Part shown: piece after piece, positions 14,500 through 27,960 of the stretch
How positions within the stretch are numbered: the stretch's first letter is position 1
Layout of the letters: every line of letters starts with the position of its first letter
Assembly (NCBI GenBank): GCA_013265495.1
Contig: MU058463.1
Location: forward strand, 3,641,037-3,705,036
DNA: 64,000 bases
Source of the DNA: Vicugna vicugna
Lineage: Eukaryota
Direction: 5' to 3'
Notes under the pieces: generated by a model
The model's database searches: none
What the model was told of the DNA's origin: nothing
The model's input: the letters and a program-made list of their open reading frames with translations, nothing else
Translations under genes and position numbers: made by a program

Positions 14500-16530
14500 G
14501 TGCCAGGACTACAACCTGCTCCACAATCCATTTTCGCATATTTCTTTAGTAACAGAAGCTTCAACATGTGTAAGCAGGCACTTGGCTAGTGGCTAATGCC
14601 ACGACCTCCCTGCAGTTAAGTGTGGCCAATTGGATGTGAGCGACAGGGATGGGGGCAGCTTCTTCATCACATGCTTTCTCTTCTCTTCCCTCCGGCAGGG
14701 GCACAGATATGAGAACCAGCTTTGATCATGAAATACTAGAGGATGGCAGTACAACACGCTTTGGGCAATTTCACGGACAGAGCCTACTTCTGTTTTGCTA
14801 TGAGAAAAAGAAAAACAATGTGTCTTGTTTGAGCCACTGTATTCTAGAGGTTCTTTGTTGCAGCCACTTTGTTGTCCCCTAACTTACGTAGAAACTGGTA
14901 CTGGAAATGGGATGCTATCAAATAAAAGCCTAAAACAAGTGGTATTGGCCAGGTGCTTGGGCGATAAAGAATGAGGAAATATTGCAGGCTGGAAATCTAA
15001 TGACCCTTGCTATGCTGTGGCAAAATATTTGGCAAAGTTCTTGCTTACTTTAGCTACAGAGCCCATGATTCCAAGAGAAGAGACTGGAAAAACTCAAATT
15101 TTAGTACCTGTTTGCTGCTTCTTAACTGCACTTAACAAGATACCACAAGAGAGCTGAAGCAAGGTGTAAATTAGCCAGTTTGCAGGCATAAATGCTTAGG
15201 TCTTGCAGTTCTGTTCTGACTGAGACCTGTAATCTAAGTTGACTGGGAGTCCAGTGATTGAGGGTTTAATCAAGCTAGAAAAGCCAACTGCAACTTTATG
15301 ACAAAGAGCAGGCGATGGCAATGTTTCTCAGAAACTGCATCAGCCTTCCAAATGCTCTTCCTCAGACAATGGGAACCAATCAACCGCAAAGATCACTTAG
15401 TTAAAAGAGAGAGGGATGAGCCGTGCACAGAGGCCAGTGAATAAAAGAGGTGAAGCGGCAGATGAAAGAACTACGACTGCCTGAGCCCTTTGCTAATGTT
15501 AGTTTCATACAGAACTAGAAGAAGATGGATTGGAAGCCTACTAAGTTTTGGAGCAAATTGTACCGCTGAAAAATAAAATATAAACCAGGCTTACCAAAGG
15601 CTATGACAGTTTGTCATTCCCCCCTCCCACCTTGGAACAATCCTGGGTCCCCAAAGCCGTACCCCCAATGCCCACTTCAGATGTGACCACGGCGGACAAG
15701 GGATTGCCTCCCGGAGAAGAGACCAGGTCAATTCAAGGAAACTAACACTAGAGGGGACTTTTCAGTTACTGCCCAGCAAACGTTGTTAACTGCCATGGAC
15801 CATTGACTGGTTCCATTCTTCCGTTTTCTGAGAGTTTTCATTGTGACTACCCCGTTCCTACTCTACAATTGTGCATTGGCTGTCTTCGGGGATAGATAAC
15901 CCCCTTTCCCTTTATAGGTCCCTGCACTGGAGGGAGTCCTATCAGGACGTGACAGAGGGAACTGAGAGTCAACCAGAGCTCCTGGCCTTTGAGCTGGGTG
16001 AGTAATTGAATGGAATTTTAAGATGCACCCTCTTGAAGGGTGTGTTCAGCGTGTGGGAAGAAAGTTGCATTTGGACACTTGAGCAGGTAGCCAGAAGCTG
16101 CAGATATGCCTTCTTCCTTTAGTAATAGAAACCCTCATAATTCATTAGGTGGTAGAGCAATCCACCCAGCCACAAGTCCCAAGTTATATCAGAAGGGATG
16201 CGAGCAGGAGTGTTGTGTGCAAGTTTTGTGTCACATCATTAAAAAGGAAGATGGCTGCTTCCACTCTCCCCTCCCTGTAGCTGGAACACAGAAGCAGTGC
16301 TGGTGAGCCCGCTATGAACTTGGAGTGAAAGCAGCCCCCTAGGGGATGATGCAGTAATAAGGCAGAAGGAGGCAGCATCCTTGGATTAGACCGGAGCTGC
16401 TCTGCTCACCTTTCCTGGACCACAGCCTAACTCAGAGCTGCCATGTGGAAGAGAAACGCATTTTTATATGTTTCAAACTCTTGTTCTTTCTGGGTTCATT
16501 GTTATGAAGCTTAGTCTGTATTCTAATACA
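14500..16530 (+). mobile_element. Decayed MaLR (MLT1-type) element: LTR - internal - LTR
   Basis: 5' LTR end (cttgtttgagccactgtatt...tttgttgcagc...cctaact) directly followed by the MaLR internal start gaaactggtactggaaatgggatgct at ~14891. Second related LTR ~16050-16530 ending tctaataca. Both LTRs share ctttagtaa(c/t)agaa. Confidence 0.65.
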
Positions 16531-16770
16531 GTATCTATTGTTTGACAATATTTACATTGCCCAGCATTGGTGAGCTGGAGTAGGATTTTAATACTAACTT
16601 CCCAATTTATGAAAAATGACACATTTTAGAGTAGTTTTAGACTTGGTGAGAAATTGTGAAGGCAACACAGAGTTTCCCATGTCTCACATAGAATTTCACC
16701 TACTATTAGCATCCTACATTAGTGTAGTACATTTGTTACAACTAGTGAATCATTTATAAACTAAAGCCTT

Positions 16771-17347
16771 GGACGTGAGGGCAGTCTGGCTGTGACATCT
16801 GTCACCCTAATGGTCGCCAGGGTTGATTTGGCTGATCTGGCTGGCTAGGCAGGTGACCTCTTCCTCCCTCAATGCTCCATGTGTGTGTCCCTCTGGAAGC
16901 TACGCACTTGCTTGACCTTTCCTGACAGAGGAGGACTGTTCTTAGGTCAAGGGTATACAAATAGCTATGCTCCCTTGCTAGGCCCTCACACAAGATTTTG
17001 AAGTCCATTTGTAGTAGCAGAACACAGGGTAGCCAAGCTTCCAAGACTTTAGATACATCCAAGTAAGTCTGGGAAAAGCTGGGAGTGGAGCGATAAATTG
17101 GGAGTTCAGGATTTGCAAACACTAGTAACACAGAAAAACAACAAGGTCCTACTGTATACCACAAGGAACTATATTCAGTATCTTGTAACAGCCTATAATG
17201 AAAAAGAACATGAAAAGGAATCTATATGTGTATAACTGAATCACTATGCTGCACACCAGAAATTAAAACAACACTGTAAACTGACTATATTTCAATAAAA
17301 AAATATATAAAACAAATGAGTCTGCATGTGGCAGTCTGCCTTTCTTT
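16771..17347 (+). pseudogene. RN7SK-like pseudogene: Full-length 7SK snRNA retropseudogene, interrupted by an L1 3' fragment
   Basis: GGACGTGAGGGCAGTCTGGCTGTGACATCTGTCACCC...CGCCAGGGTTGATTTGGCTGATCTGGCTGGCTAGGC...GGTCAAGGGTATAC...AAGCTTCCAAGAC...ACATCCAA (to ~17062), resuming AAATGAG..CTGCATGTGGCAGTCTGCCTTTCTTT (17314-17347). Many CpG-decay substitutions. Confidence 0.93.
17065..17312 (+). mobile_element. 5'-truncated L1 3' end inserted in the 7SK copy
   Basis: gataaattgggagttcaggatttgca...caaggtcctactgtat...gaactatattcagtatcttgtaa...tgtataactgaatcactatgctg...ctgactatatttcaataaaa plus A-rich tail. Same family as 24545-25120. Confidence 0.85.
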
Positions 17348-20300
17348 GGAATACTAGAGCATATATTTTATTCAGAATTCTTTAGTTTTGACTTAAAAGT
17401 AAAATCGCCTTTGTGCTTTTGTCAAAAATCAGTAGACTGTATTTGTCTCAAAATAATTTCAATCTGTTCATGAAATCAGTACTATTCAATAATATTTTAA
17501 TGACACAAATCTAAAAGGCATAAAAGAATTCTACTAAATGTCAACATTCATTTGATGATGTATATTTTTAATAATCCATTATGAAACCACCATGGCCTGT
17601 CTCTTGACTGCTTCTTCAACCTCATCTCTTCCTGTTCACGAATTCCAGCCTGCCGGCAATCTTTCTGTGATTTCTTTAAAATCACACTAATGCCGCACTT
17701 GCCTTAGGGCCTACACACTTTCTTGTGGGAGACTTTCAATCCAATTTGCCTTTATGGGCCTGAAGGGTCCTTGAAGCTCCTGATCTTTCCTTTTCTCTTG
17801 GGAAAGGAGGTAAAATTAACAAATTGTGACTGTCAAGAAAGTTATACCAAGATCTGAATGTTCCTTTCCACCAGATACATTATTCATATCGCAACAAGGG
17901 AAGAGGACATGTAACATTTATAAAATTCCTGAGAAGTCTCTCCTAGATCTGAAAGGATGTTGCCTAGCTGTTCACCGTTTCCCTTTGATAAACAGAAAGG
18001 GATTTGATCCTGAGCCCCTCAAATGAGGTGAGGAAATGTCATACCAGGCTCACTGTTTCCACTTCAGGTAAGAACTAGCTCAGGTCCACCTTTGACACAG
18101 TCACCAGAGCTCACCCGTGGCTCCTTTATCCAAGCGAGCAACTTCAGCTTGAGGACCAGGACGAAGCCGCCGTTTGTTGTAACCCACCCCTTGGCAGAGA
18201 GCTGAAAGCTATCTGAGTAAAATCTGAGCATTGTTTTGCATGAGGAATAGAGGAAGCTTAAAAATCCTATAGCTGATCTCTTGTCTCCTGGCATCTTTGA
18301 ACTTCCATCTCATTGTCTTTGAAAGAAGCAAGGACACAGCCCAGAAAGTGTCTGATTTCGGCTGATACTAAGACATCTCCTCCTGCAGTGCTTTTCCCCA
18401 GGCTGGTTCCTTCTCATCATTTAGCTCTTATTTGGAAATATCATCTGACAATATTATTTTTAAATACTACCCCTTGACCTAGTCACTCTGTTTTATTTCC
18501 TTTCATGGTCTTATTTACTTTCAGAAATTACTGTCTTTATTTGTTTTCTGTCTTTCAAACTGCTCCTCCACCCTCCCTTTAGAACCCAAGTTCCATGAGG
18601 GCAGGAATTTTGACTATTTTAGTTATCACTGAGACCTGGGACATAGATTCTAAATGAAGATTTTTAAGTTATTGGATAACAGAACAAATAAATGAATGAA
18701 TGAACGAGTGACAGTAGATTATATGTGTATTTTTTTTCCTAGAGAGCCTAGAATGATTGGGCATTTCAATGTCTTAGTAAGTGAATGTATCAAAGAGGCA
18801 AAGAAGTTCAAAATTCTTTCCCAGATAGCATTTATAAGGCAATGATGATGATCAGTTTCCTCTCTTCTAGTGAAAAAAAAAAAACAGAAAGAAACCATTA
18901 CCCAACTTAGAAGGCATCTGAACATTTCAGTGATATCTCAGAAGCCATACTTCCCAAATGGCAGGACAAAGATCCAGTAATAAGATTCAGAATGGTGCCC
19001 AACATTAGCATTGCGACAAAGTCAACGTGCAATTCTAAAGTACATACAAAGCATTCAACAACTCTCAGGCATCTAGCAAAAGAGAAAATTTAAGAATGGG
19101 GCAAGCAGCAGGAATAGATTCCCAGATCCATACAGTGTTTGAGCTGGTGGGCACAACAGCAAGCCAACGTTCCAAATCTCACAAGTTAAGTGTCAGAAAA
19201 TAGACCCATGAGGGAAATGGCCTGCCCAAGTTAATACAGATATTTATTGGTGCCTCTGGGAACTGCTGAATGCTTTGGGATGCATGGAGCTCTAAAAACA
19301 ATTTATATACATTGAACAAAAATAACCAGTATATTCAGTAGTAACAACAACAACAACAAAAAATCAACATCATCATTGTTAGTTTGCCTCAATGTAGACC
19401 AAACAGTCACTTGTTTTGGTAGCGCTCTGAATCAAGCTGAGTAGGAAAATGTTCCAAGCACTCAGGATTTCCTATTGTAGTAAACAAGTCACAGAGTGCA
19501 CCGACTGTGAGAACTGGGCCATCTCATCACTCTTATCTAATTATAGGAGTGACTGCAATCAAACAATTAGGGATGCACAGATTACCTCTTGAATAAATTT
19601 TTATTTCTTGGCCTTTATGAAAAGAAATAAAAAGATTTTAATAAATTCTGTTTCCAAGATCACTACATATGTTTTATTTTGGTTTTTTTTTTCAGAGGGA
19701 TACTGTCAAAGTAGAGCAATTAATTATTTTTTAGAGGCATCTCTTAATTAGTAATAAAATTCAGGGCCTTGTATTCCGAGATTTAGGCAATCGTGTCCAG
19801 GAAGAGTATGCCAATCGTAACATACTTCGTTGGCTGCAAAAAAAATGAGATCTTCCAAATTGTTGTGGGAATCTGTCATTCCTATGGTGCAAATAATCCC
19901 AGACATAATGAAGTGGACTTGGTGAATCAGAAGCCCTTTACTCTCCACTCCGTATTTATTCCATTTTTACAACAGCTTTTGATTTAATTTAATACATTAT
20001 TGTAGAAGAAAGGGTCCATTAAACAGCTACAGAAAAGTGAGAATTATGCTCCTTTTAGGTTTTTTAAAATGAAGCATTAAACTGGAGAATGCTTTAAAAA
20101 TGATATTCAAATGATTTTTAATTACTACAAAGGCATTGAGATGATAATGCACTTTATCTAAAAGGGAGGGAAACTATTCCATTCGTCCTTTTCTGCCATG
20201 AATTCCCACTCTAAGAAAATTATTTCTTTTGATCTGCTCTGATAGCATGTAATAAAAGAACAATAAAACATATGGCTCAATTACCACTGCTTCTCATCAA

Positions 20301-20860
20301 GCATGAATTAATGAATATCAAATTATTATTAATTGTTTTTTTCTGGCTCCCTCTCCATAGGACAATGATTACACATTGCCGTATTTTGACAAGCATTTAG
20401 CGTTTAACACTTTGTGGACCAGTGTCCAAGAGGAATAGATGCTTGAAATCATTATACAGAAGAATAATTCTTTACATTTATCAACATTTAGAAAATACGT
20501 GATTATTTTTTATTCTCCTTAGTTTATGTCAATGTTTTACAACTGCCTTAACCTCCCTAGAATTCCACCCCCTCAATGTTCCATATGCCTTCTTTGAGAG
20601 CAGCTTCTATCTGCACAGAAAATAGTTTTTAAGTTCAATGTCTCAATTTTAGTAATAGTGCTAGTTCTTCACATGATTATTGAATTTTTAATTCCTTAAG
20701 AAAAAGCTCTTTAAAATATAAGGTATAGCTTGAGCACTTAAAAAATTAACATTAAGCAGCATGGCACAGAATATAATAAGCTGTGATCACTCTACTTGAC
20801 AGTATCAATGTTAGTGAGTGATACAGACACTGCACACAAAGATTCAGTGTAACGGACTGT

Positions 20861-20866
20861 TTTATT
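20861..20866 (-). terminator. Probable SCEL polyadenylation signal (AATAAA)
   Basis: TTTATT on + (AATAAA on -) about 1 kb past the stop codon, followed on - by a GU-rich tract TCTTTGTGTGCAGTGTCTGT. Confidence 0.6.
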
Positions 20867-21851
20867 TTCACAAGCCTTCTGTAACTATGAAGTGCTATGT
20901 AATAGGAATAGATGTAACGTGCTAAGGAACATGTCTTTGTAGTCCATAACCATTGTTTCTCAGAGACTATTTGTAAATCCAGATTTTGAAATGCATGCAA
21001 AGAAAACTTAACAAATTATAATACGTAAACCAGTCATATGATTTCACCCATTTCCCATAAATCCACATCTTTCGGTTCTTAAAACACATTCTATAAAACT
21101 TATATCTGTGATAGATGGAAGGATGACACTAAGGTTCAATTTTTCAGATATTCCATCTAGTTCAATATGCTTAACAAACACATATTCAGCTATGCTTCTA
21201 AAGAGAAAACAAAAACTAGTCCGATTTACAGTCTGACGGTTTTGGAGCAGAGAGCGACCTTAGAAATCATTGTGCCCAATGCCCCTCATATTACAAATAA
21301 TAGCATAGAAATCTGAAAGAGTTTAAGTGATTTTTTGAGGTCCATCCAACATTATATGCTAACTCTTTCTGCCAAAATTTATCTTTCTGTCAAAGTTCTA
21401 TGAATATTTCTTTTGTATATAAAGGAAACATATCTTGCTTCTGTAACAGTTTTGTAACAATGTCAAAAATGTCTGCAAATTGAAATTCTTCAGGAAACAA
21501 AAGTGAGAAAATGGGAAACTTGCCTATAATGGAAACCATGACACACAGCCCAACAGAGCAGAGATGGATCTGGTCAAAGCTGACAACACTGCCATCAGAA
21601 GCATCCTTTCTTTGATACTAGTAACTAGAACCACTTGAAGTTTTCATCACTAAATTTTACCAGATACCAGATGGTTCCCTTTATGTTTGTGACCTTAGTG
21701 AAGGCACTTAGAGTATTTACGCAGTAGCAGAACTGTTAATTCTATACAAGAGCCAATCGTTGGTATAAAAGCTTTTCTAGATTGCATGTTCTTAAAAGAA
21801 ACATTTTAATTCCTTAATGAATGCTTTCATCTTGATTTTCATGTTCCAGGA

Positions 21852-21868
21852 TTACTGAATCCACTTTG
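21852..21868 (-). CDS. SCEL: Sciellin terminal coding exon (A)KWIQ*
   Basis: tttcag|CA AAG TGG ATT CAG TAA. Phase 1 matches the preceding exon. Confidence 0.9.
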
Positions 21869-23276
21869 CTGAAAGATTTAAAGAAAATAACAGTTAGATA
21901 TACAATTCAGTACAAAAAATAAGCCTATGACTAAAGTTTTAAAAATGATTATTCATCAAGGGGGAAGTGGTGGATGAAGCAGTTTACCTTTACCTTCTAC
22001 TGCGTTCATCACTGTGGCATGGCTTTTGGTCATACCTTAAATACAGAGCTCGCATGGCTGGTACTCATTTATGACATGCCTCAGAGTCATGTCTTGACAG
22101 TTTACTATACTATAAAAATGCACATAAACAGGGGGGATGGTACAAAGATCTGAGTATTTTGGTAACCATATCTCCTAAACCATATCATGGACTTCTGGGA
22201 GTGAGAGTTTTAGAGCTGTGACCATGCATATCAAGGCCCCTTGATGTAACACTGGATGATGATAAGGCTGCTCAATTAGGACAAAAAACTAAAATGAGAA
22301 AGCAGAAAATAGAAGGCAAAGTATGAATATAATTGGGTTTGCTCTTGTTGATTCTGCAGCCTGAGGGAATGTGGGTTTCTGAATATTTTTCAGAGCGTTT
22401 TCCAAATGTAGCCTCCCAGTACCTCATTCACATCACACATTTGTCATTAAATTCCATATTCTGGATCCCATGTGAAAAATCGCAAATGTTCCTCTCTCAT
22501 TCACCACCAGCAAGACACCAGGAAACTTGCCCTTTGCACAGTGCTGTTGGCCAGCTCCCCAGTATCATCGTGGTTATTCTATCTATTTACTAATGAAGTG
22601 AAAATAAAATGCTGATACTGGCTTTAAACACTAATCAGATTTCATAGGATTTTATATTGCTAACTTACTGTACACTGTGCACATCTTTTAAATCAACTTT
22701 TACAGCTTTCATGCTAAGCTTATTGAAAATACAAGCTAAAAATACAGGTCCTTAATGTTTCATCTGACATGATTTATGCTAATTAAGTGTCCAAATTACA
22801 GTAATGTTGGTCTTAAACTGGTAAAAAAAATACTTAGATGCTATAGTTAATACAGAATTATACATCATTAAATTTTCCATTTAAAAATAACATTAAAAGG
22901 CATTCAGTATAATAACCAAATTAAGTAAAAAAGTATATTCCAGTGCAAATGTAAAAGGTCATTCACAGATAAAGACTTCAATTCCAACAATTATTTGAGC
23001 AAAGAAGATATGGTTTTGTTTGGAAAAAATGGAAAATTTCCTAAAATAAACGACCTTTTGTTTAATTTTATCTATGTCTGATCTGGTATCAGAATAAAAT
23101 ATAAAATGTTGACTGATTTTATGCCATAAAACAAAATGCTACCATTATATGTACTATCTGCAGTTTAATTTTTAATATAATTAATAAAATATTTTTACTT
23201 TCAAAATCTTTCATTTTCAATAGTATCAAATGCCCATTAATGTTAGTGACGATTTCTTACAGAGCTTAACACTTAC

Positions 23277-23379
23277 CTACAACTTTTGAATAGCAAGGTT
23301 CACAATGTATTGTCTGCTTATAAATCCAAATACTGTCACCGGCTTGTAGGTTTTCCAAAGGCTGTTTGCATATTTCACA
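23277..23379 (-). CDS. SCEL: Sciellin LIM domain exon 2
   Basis: cttcag|CEICKQPLENLQAGDSIWIYKQTIHCEPCYSKVV|gtaagt, 103 bp. Confidence 0.96.
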
Positions 23380-24544
23380 CTGAAGAAAAAAAGGTATATA
23401 TAAAGTTTACATTATATATGATGTTCAGATTCTTAGTGTAACAAGCTAAAAAAAAAAACTTTTAATTCATTCAGTACCATCCTCTGTAGCAACACTCAGA
23501 AAAGCCTTTAGAGAGCTCTTGAGGGAAAGTCAGAGTGCACTTGTCTGCAATCCACATGCCGAACTTTTCAAAGAAGTTCTCTTATAAATCCATCTATTAT
23601 GGGGCTGTGCATTTCAGGGCACATTTACCACTGAAGTTTCTATTTAACTCACAATAGAGTAGATACACCTTTTCAAAAATTGATTATGCCAAAGACAAGA
23701 TCGCCACTGGGTATCACAAACAGAAACACTAAGGGAGAGCTATGCTGTCCAGGTATAGCCTCAGTGAGCGAAACGAACTCCTGATTCTACACAGTGTTTA
23801 GGGGGAAGTTTGTTTTAAGCTGTGTTGGTTAAGGAGGCAGGGAAGAATTGACATCTGCCTTAGACCTGTGCTCACTGAAGCAAGTCCATTGCCAACTGGC
23901 TGACTTCCATGTTCACTTACACAAGTTGTCATTGATCAATTCGACATGTTTAAACCAGTTCAGATGGTTCTCTATTATTATGGCTATAGAATAATCCATC
24001 TTTTCCTAGGAGTGTGGGGATATTTTTATTCTCAGTTAGTGGTATTTTACAATTAAATTGAAAATGGAAATAAATCACCCAAAGTATAATAAATGGAAAT
24101 TATTCTTATTTATACCAAAGCAATAATCAGGAGAATTTTCTTCTTTTAAAAAGTTTTCTGATTAACAATTTTAAATAAAGATTTGTAGACTAGCTTTTGT
24201 TTCATTGAGTATATTTTAATAACTAAAAAGAAATTTCACTCTCACAATTAAATACTTACAAAATTTTCAGATTATATTTTATATAGAATTCTATCTGTAA
24301 TGGTCTGAAATCGGAAATTTTTTGCTCAAAATGAGACATCATATTTCTGATTGCTTTGTGCCACTGTCTGAAGCTAACTGAAGGAGAAGCAATCAACTGT
24401 CTAGTTATTACACCTACTTGATTGAGTTAGATAATTTGTATCAACCACAGAAATTAGTACTAGAAAGGACCCAGAGATTTAAGCTGCAGTTCTCAAACTG
24501 GCTGCCCATTGGATCTATCTAAGGAGCTTTTAAAAATACCAATG

Positions 24545-25125
24545 ACAAATAACTGGATAAAGAAGCTGTGGTGTATTTATACAATGGAATACTACTCAGC
24601 CATAAAATAGAATAAAACAATGCCATTTTCAGCAACATGGATGGACCTAGGGATTGTCATTCTAAGTGAAGTAAGCTAGAAAGAGAAAGAAAAATACCGT
24701 ATGATATCACTTCTATGTGGAATCTTAAAAAAAAAGAAAAAAGAGGACATGAACTCCTCTACAAAACAGAAACATAGTAGACAGACATAGTAACCAATCT
24801 TATGGTTACCGGGGAAGGGGGGTGGGAAGGGATAAATTTGGGAGTTTGAGATTTGCAAGTGTTAGCCACTATATATAAAAATAGATTTAAAAAACAAATT
24901 TCCTCTGTATAGCACAGGGAACCAATTCAATATCTTGTAATAACCTTTAATGAAAAAGAGTATGAAAATGAATATATGTATGTATATGCATGACTGGGAC
25001 ATTGTGCTGTACAACAGAAATTGACACATTATAACTGACTGTACTTCAATTTTAAAAAGGATGAATAATAAATAAATCTAATTGCCTTCCCCCACCAAAA
25101 AATAATAAATAAAAAAATTTTAAAA
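24545..25125 (+). mobile_element. L1 3' end (lineage-specific), antisense to SCEL, nested in MER5 within MIR
   Basis: tggataaagaagctgtggtgtatttatacaatggaatactactcagccataaaa...gcaacatggatggacctag...aactgactgtacttcaat plus A-rich tail. Confidence 0.9.
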
Positions 25126-25969
25126 ACAAAAACCAATTCCCAGGGATCATCTCTAAGATTCTTGATTTAATTGGGGCTAGTACCAAACATTCTATTTTCC
25201 TTCTAATCCCCCCAGATGATTATAATGTGCATTCGGGAAGAACCACTGATCTAGTCAGCTATTTATTTTACAGATGAGGAAACTGAGGCTACAGTAACTT
25301 AGGTGACTGTCCAAAGTCACACAGCCACAATTAGTGTCAGTCAGAATGCCAACTCAGTTCTTCAGATTCCCAGTCAACTGCTCATCCAGCTACACCAAAA
25401 ATCATAATGTTGATCTACCCAATGCTTTTGTGAGAAGAAAAGACATGACATGAAAACACATACTGTGAAGCATTCTCTATGGAAGCTGTATTGTTACTAT
25501 ACTGCCACAATTAATTATAATTAATCATGCTCTCAAAAGCAGAGTCTCAACCATTGTTAAGCCCATCAGTCCTAATTCATGATACAGGGAGCTGTTAGCT
25601 TTCTTAGTAACACTTTCTTTTCCTTTTTGGTTTTCATTATCAATTTTATGTAATGTATGATTTATGAAAATGCTGCAGAAAACTTCTGTAACGAGAACAA
25701 GTGTTTATCTTTTTACAGGTTTAAATCTGTAGAGTAAGAGTTATAAATGTGTCAGTAATCAATTCTAAGCCTAGAGCCAAGAGAGTAATTATAAATCTTG
25801 GAGGCTGAGGCTGCAGAACTCTGAGAAATGTTTAAATAGTGCATTATTAATGTGCATGAGAGTGTTTCTGAAAGCCTTAACTTCATCTCATATATTTCAT
25901 TAAATAATTATTTTTACTCCAGTCATTATGCAATTTATATTGAGTTAAATGCAATAAACATATCCTTAC

Positions 25970-26078
25970 CTTGAAGCAAGTGGAATGGCAGCAAATTTGT
26001 AATTCATCTAAAATCATCTTAGTTTCTGTGCCCAAGGGTTTTCGACAGTAAGTGCACATATCTCTTTCAATGACAGAC
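25970..26078 (-). CDS. SCEL: Sciellin LIM domain exon 1
   Basis: ctatag|(R)SVIERDMCTYCRKPLGTETKMILDELQICCHSTCFK|gtaagg, 109 bp. With the next exon it forms the CxxC...HxxCxxCxxC...CxxC LIM motif. Confidence 0.97.
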
Positions 26079-27479
26079 CTATAGAGACGTAAGCAATTAA
26101 AAATAAATTTGTCATCATGCAAAAGGCAGATGTATTCCCCATAAAGTCATATGGAAATGATATGTTAATTTTGTTGATATTTTAGTAAATTGTGTAAAAA
26201 TCAAGGAAAGTTCAGGACTTACTTATCCTAGTGATAGAATTGATTCTTCTCCTTATCTCAAAATGATATCAAAGAATTAACATGAAGGAAAATCTCAAAT
26301 TATTAATTCATTAGCAATCAACAGTGCATCTGGGCAGAGCAAAGATGTTCACAGTTTCCTAATTGAACTAGGTCATAAGTACCCCTTGAAGCTAGAAGAG
26401 GGTTTTGAATTATTAATGTACATATATCATAGAAAAATTATGCTGCAGATTAGTATAAAATTTTAACTCTTAAAACATTCAATAGGACAAAAACAGAAAT
26501 CTATTCAAGAATGTGTTGGTAAATTCACAAAAGATGGCTGGTACCTGTGGTGTCCTAGACGCTAGGGTCTAGACACCAAGGTGCTCCTCCACACATTTCT
26601 TTCAATGTCATTGTAAGACTTAGAATATTGGAGTGCTTTTCATGACAAAAATTCTCCAACGTGACATAACCTCACCACAAATGTTATGGGGAAAAAGAGT
26701 TTTGTTATTTATTTTGGAAAAATAATGTTCAATACTGTTCATAAATGATCAGCAAGTCAAAAGATCTTGTGTCACTCCGAAGCCTTAAGAAAGGTCAATA
26801 ACTGTGTGATTTTTTTTCTTCTGGAAGGTCTTAGGACTGTCTTAAATAGCGCCTTGCGGAGTTTATGAGTCTCGGGGTGTTCGCACACATGCCTGAGACT
26901 TTCAGAGTAGGACACACGATGAGGCGGTGAAATAATGATAGTGAAGACTCTCACAGCACTAATACAGTGTCACACGTCCAGCGCAGCCCCTGTGCACTTT
27001 GCTTATATGAGCTCATTTACTCTTCACGACATCTCTGAGAAGCAGGCACTATTATTTTTATCTCTATTTTACAGAAGAGGCACTGAAGGGTAAGTAAGTT
27101 GTTCCTGTCATGCAGCCAGAGCACGGCAGAGGCAGAGTGTGAATGAAGGCAGAGCGGCCCCAGAGTCCTGCGCTCCCTCTGGGCCTGCCTGTGAGGTCTA
27201 CTGGGCCCACTGGGTTAGAAAGAACTAGTCATGCCCAGAAACCAGGATCCTATCATCCGGCTCAAGACTAGAAGCAGAGAGGAGGGGAAGTAGAGAGGAG
27301 GAGATGGTGGGAGAGGAAAGGGATTGGAGTAGACAAACCTTGACTAGTTTTAGACTCTCAGTCTTTCCGGTAACCTCTCCTAACCCTTATGTATATAGAT
27401 AAATATTTCCCTCTTTCAATGATCTCTCTAGCTACTTGCTTATATATTCCTGGCAGATAGTCTCCTAGGCATTATTTAT

Positions 27480-27960
27480 ACCCATACGTACATATGTACA
27501 CACATACTTCAATTTCCCGTGTAAGACTGTGAGCACTTGAGGAGTAGAAAACAGGTGCTCTCCAGCATGCTTCCTTTCCAGAGACACTGAGATAGGAGCT
27601 GGGAAAATAAGGAAGCGTGAGATGGTCTCTGCCAATGAGAAGCTTTCTTTCCACTGGGGTAGCCAGGTGCACGATTCATTGATCACCACATTTACAGATG
27701 TGGGGAAAGAGTTAGGAGAGCACAGCCAACGGAGCAACTAATCCCCAGGGTGAAGTCAGGAGAGACTTGTCAGCGCAAGTGCCATGTGAGTTAAAGCTTG
27801 AAGGTGAAGACACTCTCAAGGAGAGAGAGGTGCTCTCAAGGTGATCTCGGGGAGGAGAGGAGGGGTGCAACGGAGGGATTCCAAGCAGAGTGAATAGGAT
27901 GTTCCAAGGAGCTACACAATGAGGGTGGCTGGAGTCACTGAGCATCAGTCAGTATTCTGC
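27480..27960. mobile_element. L2 LINE fragments
   Basis: L2 3'-end-like text (gtaagactgtgagcacttgagg; gattccaagcagagtgaatag...ggctggagt). Boundaries approximate. Confidence 0.45.

Noticed and set aside
16771..17347. Functional 7SK gene
   Set aside because: Many substitutions, an internal deletion, an L1 insertion, and no recognisable upstream PSE/TATA (it sits in an L1 fragment).
21805..21810. ATTAAA 42 nt after the SCEL stop as main poly(A) signal
   Set aside because: Weaker hexamer in AT-rich sequence. The AATAAA at 20861 has a better downstream GU-rich element. It cannot be excluded as a minor site.
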